Positions 9,558 to 18,099 are shown, counted from the first letter of the stretch. The stretch: 64,000 nucleotides of DNA from Candidatus Bathyarchaeota archaeon (GCA_023131225.1 JAGLZW010000007.1:24289-88288); one strand, 5' to 3'. Notes: generated from the letters alone by a model not told the origin. A program made the numbers and translations.

Positions 9558-10994
9558 ATGAGAATCCTGTTCATTGAACCTCCAAGAGAGTTTTGGTTTG
9601 TAATGGGGGAGTATCTTCCACCACCATTTGGAATTATCCAGCTTGCTGCTTATCTTGAAAGAGAGGTTAAGGATGCTGAGATAAAGGTGTTAGACTGCAC
9701 TGCTCAGCAAATGTTTTGGAGTGATATGGAAAAAGAGATCGAATCGTTCAATCCTGACATTGTGGCTGCCAGTGCGTTTGCAACTTGCAACGTATATTTG
9801 GTTTTAAGAACCCTTGAAATAGCTAAGAAAGTGAACCTTGAGGTTCTTACAGTAGTGGGTGGTCAATACTTTAGTGTAACAGCTCAAGAAAGTTTGGAAA
9901 AGTATCCTGAGCTTGATGTTATTGTCCGAGGAGAAGGCGAAGAGACTCTGACGGAACTGGTGAAAAACTCAACTAGGAAATCACAGTTCCCCAAGATTAA
10001 GGGAATCTCCTTCAGATTAAATGCGGAAATCATCCACAATAAGCCTAGACCATTAATTAAAGATTTGAATAAGCTGCCCTACCCTGGTTATCATTTTGTC
10101 AAGGATCTTGTCCACAAATACCATTTCGCTGCAATGGCTGGCTACAGCGCTCCCTATGCACTTGTTGAGGGTGCAAGAGGATGTTCTCACAAATGTACTT
10201 TCTGTACTCAATGGAGACATTGGGGTGGAGTCTGGAGACTAAAGAAGCCTGAAAGGATTGCTGATGAAATAGAATTCTGCTATAACAATTATGGTAGTAG
10301 ATTCATTTGGCTGACAGATGATGATTTCGGTCCAGGCAGCAGGGCAGCCAATCTCGCTGACGAGCTTCTGAAGCGTGAGATTGGAGATGATCTGATGCTG
10401 TTCCTTCAGTGGAGATGTGATGATGTCATCAAGAATGAAGAAGTGTTATCTAAGTTGAGAAATGCAGGTCTCCATTGGGTTATGATGGGCGTGGAGAGCC
10501 CTAAAGATTCTACTCTGAAGAATTTTAGGAAAGGAATAAAGGCAGAACAAGCAACCAAGGCTGTGAGGTTGTTGAAGGAGAACGGGATTTTTTCACATGC
10601 TATGTTTGTTATTGGTGATCGTAAGGACACCGCAGAATCAATAGCATATCTGAGAGAATTTGCCAACGAGTTGGATCCAGACTTTGCAATCTTCACTGCC
10701 TTAACACCCTTTCCTGGAACCGAGATCTATGAAGAAGCGAAAAGAAATGGCTGGATTGAGGATTTCAACTTGTCTCATTATGATATGGCTCATGCAATTA
10801 TGTCCACAGAAACCTTGTCAACGATGGAAGTTCAAGAAGAACTCTACAACTGCTACAAAGGCTTCTACGGATCATGGAAACGAAGGCTTGGAGGATTATT
10901 CGCAAGCAACAAACTGAAGAGAAGATTGTACAGACATATGATGGGCCAAGGTGTAATAAGACAATTTAGAAACCTTATCCAAGTCCCAATCTAG
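9558..10994 (+). CDS. B12-binding-domain radical SAM protein
   Basis: Radical SAM cluster CSHKCTFC (CxxxCxxC) after an N-terminal Rossmann-like B12-type domain; 478 aa. Confidence 0.85.
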   Translation: MRILFIEPPREFWFVMGEYLPPPFGIIQLAAYLEREVKDAEIKVLDCTAQQMFWSDMEKEIESFNPDIVAASAFATCNVYLVLRTLEIAKKVNLEVLTVVGGQYFSVTAQESLEKYPELDVIVRGEGEETLTELVKNSTRKSQFPKIKGISFRLNAEIIHNKPRPLIKDLNKLPYPGYHFVKDLVHKYHFAAMAGYSAPYALVEGARGCSHKCTFCTQWRHWGGVWRLKKPERIADEIEFCYNNYGSRFIWLTDDDFGPGSRAANLADELLKREIGDDLMLFLQWRCDDVIKNEEVLSKLRNAGLHWVMMGVESPKDSTLKNFRKGIKAEQATKAVRLLKENGIFSHAMFVIGDRKDTAESIAYLREFANELDPDFAIFTALTPFPGTEIYEEAKRNGWIEDFNLSHYDMAHAIMSTETLSTMEVQEELYNCYKGFYGSWKRRLGGLFASNKLKRRLYRHMMGQGVIRQFRNLIQVPI

Positions 10995-11047
10995 CAGCCA
11001 CAGTCTACAAAAGAAAAAGAGCAAAGTACACAAGAAAGTTTTCTTGG
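10991..11047 (+). repeat. Intergenic repeat family A, copy 4 (starts at the radical-SAM stop codon)
   Basis: CTAGCAGCCACAGTCTACAAAAGAAAAAGAGCAAAGTACACAAG aligns with the cores of copies 1-3. Confidence 0.6.
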
Positions 11048-11052
11048 CAGAT

Positions 11053-11760
11053 TTAGGGGTTGTATTCTTCTCCGTAGCTCATGCACATTGTTGCTACATC
11101 GTGAATGTCTATAACGCTATATGGTTCCGCTATGTCACAGTTGGGGTTCCAGTGGGGATCTGAGGGTGTGGAAGTATAAGCCGCACACAATAATATAACA
11201 TCGTAAATGTCCACCTTCAAATCTTGATTAACATCAGCTAGATTCCATGTGAGATGAAATTCTAATGTGTCAGCAACAACCACTTCAGCTATGTCTACAG
11301 AAGCCATTACTCTCCAAGTTCCAAGAATGTCCTTTGTACTTTCAAGAGAAGGCAAACGGAAACTTACGGTTGAAATTCCAGATATATTTGTTCTTCCAAG
11401 AAGAATGAAGAAATCTTGCTGTGGATCAAATATTTGAAATGTAACTTCTTTGTTCTGTTCTGGCCATTCATAATATGTTACATTTGCATAGAGAATTATT
11501 TCATGTTCTGGACAAAAAGGTGGTGATGGGGCAGAGTGTCCTGTTCCTCCTTTTTGGGTAAATACATCAATTTTGCCCCCCTCAACAGCTTGACAGAGAT
11601 CTATGTGTTTTGTTCTAGGAATAGTCGACTTCATGTTCATGCTTAAAGATAAGAGAAGCGTGATCAATGCGAGATATGCGAGAACAGATGTGTTCACTAC
11701 TCCTTCCCCTAATCCCAGTAGTTTTGAGTAATGCTCTGTTGCCTTAAGAGATTTGTGCAA
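11053..11760 (-). CDS. Secreted protein with a C-terminal dockerin-like (two Ca-loop) module
   Basis: N-terminal hydrophobic signal segment. C-terminal DVNQDLKVDIYDVILLCAAY and a second loop IAEPYSVIDIHDVATMC resemble dockerin type I repeats. Confidence 0.6.
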   Translation of the reverse strand: MHKSLKATEHYSKLLGLGEGVVNTSVLAYLALITLLLSLSMNMKSTIPRTKHIDLCQAVEGGKIDVFTQKGGTGHSAPSPPFCPEHEIILYANVTYYEWPEQNKEVTFQIFDPQQDFFILLGRTNISGISTVSFRLPSLESTKDILGTWRVMASVDIAEVVVADTLEFHLTWNLADVNQDLKVDIYDVILLCAAYTSTPSDPHWNPNCDIAEPYSVIDIHDVATMCMSYGEEYNP

Positions 11761-12091
11761 ACATTCTTGTGGAAACTAACAACATGTCAACTCTATATTT
11801 CACAAAGACAAGATTCCAGATTTCCATCATCCATAATCATTCCACTGTTCATATTAGTAACACTATTTGCAGCTCTTGGGTACAGAAAAAAACATTTTAT
11901 GTAATTGTATTAAAGACTAAAAGACCAGAACTTAAGTACAATGAAGTTAAAGTTTTATGTGATTGGTTGGGAAAATCAGAACATCTCCTTTCTCCCTCGG
12001 AAATGGTTCCTTTTACCTTCCCCTTTCCCAACCATTAGCAGCCGTAGCCCAGTAGATTTTAAGGTTGAAACTTGTTTTCTAAAGTAGAAAG

Positions 12092-12652
12092 GTGAAGTTG
12101 ATGTCCAACTATCCCAGCGGATGGGCAAAAAACGTTGTCTTAAAGAGTGGAGTTGAAGTGTTCCTAAGACCTGAACTATCTAGTGACACTGAGATGCTGT
12201 GGGAAATGTTTTCCACTCTTTCAAAGAGAAGCCTAGAAAACCTCATTCACCCGTTTACGAGAGAGAGGATTGAAGGCTGGACTAACAATATTGACTACAA
12301 CAAGCACTTGCCAATACTTGCTCTAATCCAAGAAAATGGTAAGGAACGGATTATTGGTTCAGCATCTTTATCCTTTCATTCTCAAGAATCTGTCAGACAC
12401 AAAGCAGAGCTCGGGATAACTGTACATGATGATTGCCAAAACCAAGGTCTGGGAACTACCCTGATAATGCATCTCCTTGAAATAGCCCAAGAGAAGGAGT
12501 TGAAGAAAATATATCTTCGTGTTGATACCGAGAACGGTAGAGCGATACATGTTTATGAAAAGTGTGGCTTCAAGATAGAAGCGAAGCTCGAAAAAGAAGA
12601 TTATGTCAATGGCCAGTTCAGAGATGACTACAGAATGGCAATCTTCCTTTAA
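12092..12652 (+). CDS. GNAT family N-acetyltransferase (start may be ATG 12101)
   Basis: Motif A QNQGLGTTLIMHLLEIA; RimJ/RimL-like length. Confidence 0.8.
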   Translation: MKLMSNYPSGWAKNVVLKSGVEVFLRPELSSDTEMLWEMFSTLSKRSLENLIHPFTRERIEGWTNNIDYNKHLPILALIQENGKERIIGSASLSFHSQESVRHKAELGITVHDDCQNQGLGTTLIMHLLEIAQEKELKKIYLRVDTENGRAIHVYEKCGFKIEAKLEKEDYVNGQFRDDYRMAIFL

Positions 12653-12824
12653 CAAAGTCCGACATAGTAGAGGTATAATGAAATATCCTTCTAGGAAGTT
12701 CACAAAGGAGAAGATTGTAGCGTCTACTTTTTCGGACTGAAACAGGCGAATTGTGGGATTCACACTAATATATCTGCTCCCACATAGTGAAAATACCCTC
12801 GGCGAGACTGTAGGTCGAGTAATA

Positions 12825-14072
12825 ATGAAGGAAACAGATAAAGAACAACCAATTCGTGGATTCATTTTTGCCTGTACTGAGAAGACGGAAGCTGAATGCT
12901 TTCAAAGGCAGCTTTTTGGGGCACATAAAGTTTATGCACCCATAGTAATTAGGATCAGAAGAGGAGATCTTCTTTTTTTGAGCAATTTGGATACGGATGT
13001 TATGTACGGTGCATTTCAGGCTGTTTCAGATGGAGGATTAAATATTCAGCCTGATGCTTGGAAGGGAAAATACCCCTACCAAGTTGGGATAGAGACACTT
13101 GGGGAAAGAAAGGCAATAAAAAATGCAAGAAAAATTTTGAACAAACTCAAAATACGGAGAAACACACCGATACTTGGCAAGAGACTGATAGAGATTCTAG
13201 ATCTTTTCGCGCCAAGCCCTCTATTGTTAAATAACGATCTAAAGCTGGAGCGAAAGAAATCACTCCACTTAATTGCAGTGCAGAAAGAAAAAATCAGAGA
13301 AAGGATTGACGAAGTAGATATTGAAGAGGAAATCCCTCTTATCGAAGCAACAACATTCTGGGATTTTCCCAGACAAAATTATGGTCTAACTACTAAAGGA
13401 GACAACAAATATCCCGGTGTCACTCCCGCTTTGATAATCTACAATCTTGTCTGGAGATATACTGAACTAGGCGATCTGGTCGTAGATCCTATGTGTGGTA
13501 GTGGAACAACAATTGATGTCTGTGAAGAGGAGAAAAGAAGAGTTATCGGATTGGATATTTCACCTCCACCTGGGCGATCTGACATGATACAAAGTGACGC
13601 AAGAAAGATACCTCTAAAGGGAAACTCTGCAGATATGGTCTTCATAGACTCACCTTATGGAGACAACATCAGATACAACGAACACCCAGGCTGTATTGGC
13701 CATATCTCCAGTGAGAAAGAGGAGTTTTATGATGAACTTGAGAAAGTAATGGTTGAATCGTATAGGCTACTGAAAGAGGGAAAGATATTGGGCTGGTTAA
13801 TAGGAGATCAATGGGTTAAGAAGAAGTTTACACCTGTAGGCCTTAAGATATATGAGTACTTATGTAAGTACTTCAAACCTGTTGACATTATCTGTGTGGC
13901 TAGAAGAGGGCAGTCCTCACATACAGGTTTGTGGTATAATCGTGCGAGAAGATTCAATTTCTTTTTGCGAGGTTTTAAGTACCTACTGATTATGAGAAAA
14001 TCTTCTAAAAAGCAACCTTGTGCAGAAGGTTCTCGCAAAGTCGAATGGACTCATTACAAGAGGAGAGGATAA
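12825..14072 (+). CDS. DNA methyltransferase (N6-A/N4-C type) with an N-terminal DCD/PUA-like domain
   Basis: C-terminal half has motif I VVDPMCGSGTT then motif IV FIDSPYGD. The N-terminal ~100 aa (GFIFACTEKTEAECFQRQLFG...LLFLSN...MYGAFQAVSDGGLNIQPDAWKGKYPYQV) follows the DCD-domain block pattern. Start trimmed to ATG 12825. Confidence 0.8.
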   Translation: MKETDKEQPIRGFIFACTEKTEAECFQRQLFGAHKVYAPIVIRIRRGDLLFLSNLDTDVMYGAFQAVSDGGLNIQPDAWKGKYPYQVGIETLGERKAIKNARKILNKLKIRRNTPILGKRLIEILDLFAPSPLLLNNDLKLERKKSLHLIAVQKEKIRERIDEVDIEEEIPLIEATTFWDFPRQNYGLTTKGDNKYPGVTPALIIYNLVWRYTELGDLVVDPMCGSGTTIDVCEEEKRRVIGLDISPPPGRSDMIQSDARKIPLKGNSADMVFIDSPYGDNIRYNEHPGCIGHISSEKEEFYDELEKVMVESYRLLKEGKILGWLIGDQWVKKKFTPVGLKIYEYLCKYFKPVDIICVARRGQSSHTGLWYNRARRFNFFLRGFKYLLIMRKSSKKQPCAEGSRKVEWTHYKRRG

Positions 14073-14073
14073 G

Positions 14074-14763
14074 ATGAATATCAGAGACTTGATTAAGTTA
14101 TACGAGGAAAAAAGAAAGATCTACGGTGACGATACGTATCAATATATATCTAAATTGTTGAACGAAGCTAAGAAGATTCATCATGAAGATTGGTTAAAAA
14201 GCCCTACGCCAAGCGGTGATCATGAACAATCATGGAGAGCTTTCAAAGGGAAAAACTACGAAAAATTGGTCTTGTACATAATTAGAAAAGAAGTTGAAAA
14301 TCTCGGATTAAGAATAGTAGGCGGTAACCGTCTTGAAAAAACCTTGAGCAGAAATCTTCCCACAGAACTCAACAGAGTAAAACGGAATCTATTGATTGAC
14401 TATGGCGAGTTTGGTTCACACCTTCCAGACGTTGATCTTATTATCTATCAGCCCAAATCTTGCAGAGTGGTTGTGGTCATCTCCAGCAAAATAACTCTTC
14501 GTGAAAGAATCGCTCAGACGGGATATTGGAAGATCAAACTGTCAGATGACGATGTAACTAAGCACATAAAAGTATTTTTTGTTACTCCAGATGAAGATCG
14601 CACTCTATCTATTCGACAACCAGCAAAGAAGGGTAGAGCAATCGTTGAGATTGACACTGATGGAGCATATATTATGAGTGAAACACCAGTTGAAGAAAGC
14701 AACAAAGTGAAGATGTTCGATAAGTTCATTCCAGACTTGAGGAAATTGCTGGCAAGTTTTTAA
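14074..14763 (+). CDS. Putative type II restriction endonuclease (PD...SxK variant nuclease core)
   Basis: ATG lies 2 nt after the methyltransferase stop and is preceded by GAGGAGAGGA. LPDVDLIIY...VVVISSKITLRER resembles the PD-(D/E)xK core in its Cfr10I/NgoMIV-style SxK variant. Confidence 0.5.
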   Translation: MNIRDLIKLYEEKRKIYGDDTYQYISKLLNEAKKIHHEDWLKSPTPSGDHEQSWRAFKGKNYEKLVLYIIRKEVENLGLRIVGGNRLEKTLSRNLPTELNRVKRNLLIDYGEFGSHLPDVDLIIYQPKSCRVVVVISSKITLRERIAQTGYWKIKLSDDDVTKHIKVFFVTPDEDRTLSIRQPAKKGRAIVEIDTDGAYIMSETPVEESNKVKMFDKFIPDLRKLLASF

Positions 14764-14932
14764 ATGTAGAAATGTTTGTCAGTTCAAATCCAAGCGTTTT
14801 AGATACACCTTATCACGGTTCCAATGAAGTTCTGCTGTTCATAGCATTTTACTGCTAACATAACCAGTACAAATGATTCTTCAAAGGTCCTTTTAAGCTC
14901 GATATTGATCCTAGGAGCTCCTTTAAGCAAAG

Positions 14933-15310
14933 GTGCAGACTTTGAAAATAAAATGCCAAATATGTGGAGTACAAGGTTATCTTCAGCACATTGGAAAGAA
15001 TTACTACCGTGCGAAACATTACATTGGCTATATGAATGGTAAACCAGTCTTCAAGTATCATAGACAGGATCCAAGCTATGTTCATTCACTGTTGGGTAAA
15101 GAAATTGACCAATTTGATCAATGTAAACTTGACCAAAATCTTAAAGTCTGTGACTTCTCTAACGAAACTGAGTTAGGGGCGGGTAGCCTAGTTCGGATAG
15201 GGCGCAGGCCCCCTAAGCCTGTGGTCGTGGGTTCGAATCCCACCCCGCCCGTTCTGGACGAACCCCGATGGCTTTACTTGCGCTTCTGGAAGACCTTGTT
15301 TCCTTTATAG
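14933..15310 (+). CDS. ORF with a CxxC/His-rich N-terminus that reads straight through the tRNA gene (possible integrase N-fragment or artefact)
   Basis: The first 81 codons (MQTLKIKCQICGVQGYLQHIGKNYYRAKHYIGYMNGKPVFKYH...) precede the tRNA. The rest of the frame is translation of the tRNA and its flank. Confidence 0.3.
   Translation: MQTLKIKCQICGVQGYLQHIGKNYYRAKHYIGYMNGKPVFKYHRQDPSYVHSLLGKEIDQFDQCKLDQNLKVCDFSNETELGAGSLVRIGRRPPKPVVVGSNPTPPVLDEPRWLYLRFWKTLFPL
15177..15251 (+). tRNA. tRNA, anticodon CCU (Arg) if the loop is read canonically; no encoded CCA
   Basis: Hand-folded cloverleaf: acceptor GGGCGGG/CCCGCCC, D arm GCCT-AGTTCGGATA-GGGC, anticodon arm CAGGC-CCCCTAA-GCCTG, variable TGGTC, T arm GTGGG-TTCGAAT-CCCAC, discriminator G. 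Confidence 0.85.
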
Positions 15311-15397
15311 TTGCAAACATTATCAACCGATCTAAAGAGCCTTTGAGCGGTAGCTTTAAATATTTGTTTAGGAATTTGTTTTTCAGAGAGAAACAAA

Positions 15398-15817
15398 ATG
15401 TCCCTCGATCAGAGAGCTCAGATACTTGAAGCTATTTCACCAGCAAGTTGTGGCATCAGAGAGGCGACTGAAAAATTGAGATGGGCTCCTTCACGTGTTA
15501 TTAACCTATTAAGAAAGATGGAAGATGAAGGTCTCATTATGGAGATACAGAGTAATAGTACGTGCTCTTCTAAACGGGGCAGACCCAAAAAGATAATGGC
15601 ATGTACACCTCTAGGCTCTGAATTTCTGGAAATCTATAGGAAACTAAAGATGAAGCCACTCAGAGCTAGAAAAGAAGATTTGGAAAACGCTGTAAAGGAT
15701 GCATTGTATACTAAGAGGCTTGTTACAAATGGCCATTCACCCTTCAAACTTTTCATGGAGTTAAACAGTATTGCCCGCAATATTAAGATCTCTTCAGAGG
15801 CTTCTCAGTCTATTTGA
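15398..15817 (+). CDS. Winged-helix DNA-binding protein (antitoxin-like partner of the downstream nucleotidyltransferase)
   Basis: wHTH-like segment GIREATEKLRWAPSRVINLLRKMEDEGLI; overlaps the next ORF. Confidence 0.55.
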   Translation: MSLDQRAQILEAISPASCGIREATEKLRWAPSRVINLLRKMEDEGLIMEIQSNSTCSSKRGRPKKIMACTPLGSEFLEIYRKLKMKPLRARKEDLENAVKDALYTKRLVTNGHSPFKLFMELNSIARNIKISSEASQSI

Positions 15818-16319
15818 GGATAAGAACATCCCATACATGATTATTGGTGGCTATGCTCTTCCGTTTTATGGAAGAATCAGAACAACAGTTGACCTCGATT
15901 TGGCTGTAGCAGTAGAAACTGAAGAAAGATTCAGAAGTCTCTCCGAATGGTTACGATCAATCGACTTCATTCCTACTGTCTCCTCCTATCTGAATCCTCT
16001 TCTTGTCATCTTGGATGTGAAAGAGAAAGTAGAGATTGAACTATGGCTAAAGCCAGATGGGATAGTTTTTGATGATGAAACGTTGAAGAGAAGAAGGAAA
16101 GCCAAATTGGATCCAAATGTTGAAGCATGGATAATTTCTCCAGAGGATTTTATAATAAACAAGTTGGCTAGACCTGATCGTGGCGTAAACGATGAACAAG
16201 ATGTCAAAAGTGTGTTAGTCAGACAAGAAGGCAAATTAGATAAAGAGTACCTCAAGAGAAGGGCTGAAGATGTCGGAGTTCTCCAAGTTCTAAACAGAAT
16301 TGAAGCTCAAGGAAGTTAG
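15771..16319 (+). CDS. Minimal nucleotidyltransferase-fold protein (AbiEii/DUF6036-like)
   Basis: NTase signature GGYALPFYGRIRTTVDLDL (G-G/S-x9-13-DxD). Confidence 0.6.
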   Translation: MPAILRSLQRLLSLFEDKNIPYMIIGGYALPFYGRIRTTVDLDLAVAVETEERFRSLSEWLRSIDFIPTVSSYLNPLLVILDVKEKVEIELWLKPDGIVFDDETLKRRRKAKLDPNVEAWIISPEDFIINKLARPDRGVNDEQDVKSVLVRQEGKLDKEYLKRRAEDVGVLQVLNRIEAQGS

Positions 16320-16512
16320 GTTTAGGTTTGCGAATGAATCAAGGATTCAGATCTTTAGAACCCACTCCAAGATTGCATCTAAGCTTTACGCATTCCCATT
16401 GTGAGTTTTTCGCTAGGCATCCAAAAACGTGGAAAATACATCTTGCTTATGATCACATCATGACAATCAACCCCGGCTAATTGACAGAGTTATAGTAGTA
16501 TCCGCACCCAGA

Positions 16513-16567
16513 GGGATTTTCCTGAATCCGTATCTGGTATGTGGTTCGAACCGCGCTCCGCCTGCCA
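16513..16567 (+). repeat. tRNA-3'-half-like relic, family B copy 1
   Basis: Anticodon-arm-like hairpin GGATT-TTCCTG-AATCC (contains CCT, 6-nt loop), T-loop-like GTGGTTCGAACC, and an end CTCCGCCTGCCA comparable to the tRNA 3' end CCCGCCCG. Confidence 0.5.
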
Positions 16568-16677
16568 CTGACGCACCCCGCATATCCTAATTTTTTTTCT
16601 AGGGGATCATTTGCGTTTGTGCACGCGCTGAAAATGCTTTAGTATTGCCTTGAATGTAATAGTGCGGAGATTCTAGT

Positions 16678-18099
16678 TTGAGGGAATACGATTTAATATC
16701 GATAGGTACAGGTTCAGCGATGAGTATTGTGGAATCTATGATACGTGAAAATCCGAAGTTGAAGGTTGCCGTTATAGACAAGGATGAACCTGGCGGTATA
16801 TGTTTGACTCGGGGTTGTATCCCGTCTAAGCTGTTGCTATATCCCGCTGAGTTAGTTAGAATGATTGGTGGGGCGGGTGATTTGGGAATAGAAGTTGACA
16901 TTAGAAAAGTAGACTTCAAAATGATCATGGAAAGGATGAGGGACATCATAAACAAGGACATAAATATGATACAACAAAGGCTTTCACATTCTGAAAATAT
17001 TGACTACTATCCCACTGTGGCTGAATTTGTTGCACCATACACGCTGAAGGTTGGTGATGAAACCATAAAGTCAAAGATGATATTCCTGTGCACTGGTTCA
17101 AAACCCACAATACCTCCGATAAAAGGGTTGGAGAATGTAAGCTATCATACTAGTGATACAGTTCTCAAGATGAGTCAACTACCGAAAAGCATTGCCATAG
17201 TAGGGGGAGGATATATAGCCGCTGAATATGGCCGTTTCTTTTCAGCAATGGGCTCAGAAGTCACAATAATCGGTAGAAACCCCCAGTTCCTGCCAAAAGA
17301 AGAGCCAGAAGTTTCAACACTTGCCAAAAAAGAGTTACAAAAGCACATGACGGTTCTTACTAACCACGAGGTTCAAGAGGCAGAAGAGACATCTACGGGC
17401 GAGAAAAGACTCGTTGCTGTTAATAGGGAAAGCGGAGAGAGCGTCGTGATAACTGCGGATGAGTTGCTAATAGCAGCCGGAAGAGGACCAAACACAGACG
17501 TGCTCCATCCAGAAAAGGGAGGCGTGAAAACAGACAGGAAGGGATGGATTATTGTTAATGAATACTTGGAGACTTCGCAGCCAAATGTATGGGCTCTCGG
17601 TGACGCGAATGGCAAGTATCCCTTTAAGCATGTGACAAACTACGAAGCAAGAGTAGTTTACTATAATGCTGTTCTGAAAGAAGCGGTACAGGTCGATTAT
17701 CATGCAGTGCCTCACGCTGTTTTCACCCATCCTGAGATTGCAGGCGTCGGACTAGGAGAGAAAGAAGCAATTGAGAAGCACGGTAAGGAAAACGTATTGA
17801 TTGGATTTCATAGATATCAAGACACCGCCAAAGGAGAAGCCATGAACGTGAAAGACTACTTTGTCAAAGTTATAGTGGAGAAGAATACCATGAAGATCCT
17901 CGGGGCACATATAATCGGACCTTATGCATCTGTTCTCATACAGGAAATCATAAACCTAATGTTTACCTCTGCACAAGGTGCGGAGCCAATAATCAATGGA
18001 ATGCACATTCACCCTGCTTTGAGTGAGGTTGTTGAGAGAGCCTTTGGTTCTCTGATGACACAAGAGCAGTATCACCAACTAATTGAACATCATCATTGA
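16678..18099 (+). CDS. Class I pyridine nucleotide-disulfide oxidoreductase (dihydrolipoyl dehydrogenase / mycothione reductase-like)
   Basis: FAD fold DLISIGTGSA, redox disulfide GICLTRGCIPSK, NAD fold VGGGYIAAE, dimerisation-domain HIHPALSEVV. TTG start. Confidence 0.85.
   Translation: MREYDLISIGTGSAMSIVESMIRENPKLKVAVIDKDEPGGICLTRGCIPSKLLLYPAELVRMIGGAGDLGIEVDIRKVDFKMIMERMRDIINKDINMIQQRLSHSENIDYYPTVAEFVAPYTLKVGDETIKSKMIFLCTGSKPTIPPIKGLENVSYHTSDTVLKMSQLPKSIAIVGGGYIAAEYGRFFSAMGSEVTIIGRNPQFLPKEEPEVSTLAKKELQKHMTVLTNHEVQEAEETSTGEKRLVAVNRESGESVVITADELLIAAGRGPNTDVLHPEKGGVKTDRKGWIIVNEYLETSQPNVWALGDANGKYPFKHVTNYEARVVYYNAVLKEAVQVDYHAVPHAVFTHPEIAGVGLGEKEAIEKHGKENVLIGFHRYQDTAKGEAMNVKDYFVKVIVEKNTMKILGAHIIGPYASVLIQEIINLMFTSAQGAEPIINGMHIHPALSEVVERAFGSLMTQEQYHQLIEHHH

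Noticed and set aside
11769-12038. 89-aa ORF in the spacer between the dockerin gene and the GNAT gene
   Set aside because: It has AT-rich, low-complexity translation, no ribosome-binding site and no motif. It probably reads through promoter DNA.
12035-12062. GCCGTAGCCCAGTAGAT resembling a tRNA acceptor/D-arm 5' half (a possible left att copy for an element carrying the R-M genes)
   Set aside because: Only about 10 nt match the tRNA at 15177 (GTAGCC.AGT). There is no pairing partner or cloverleaf, so it is within chance expectation.
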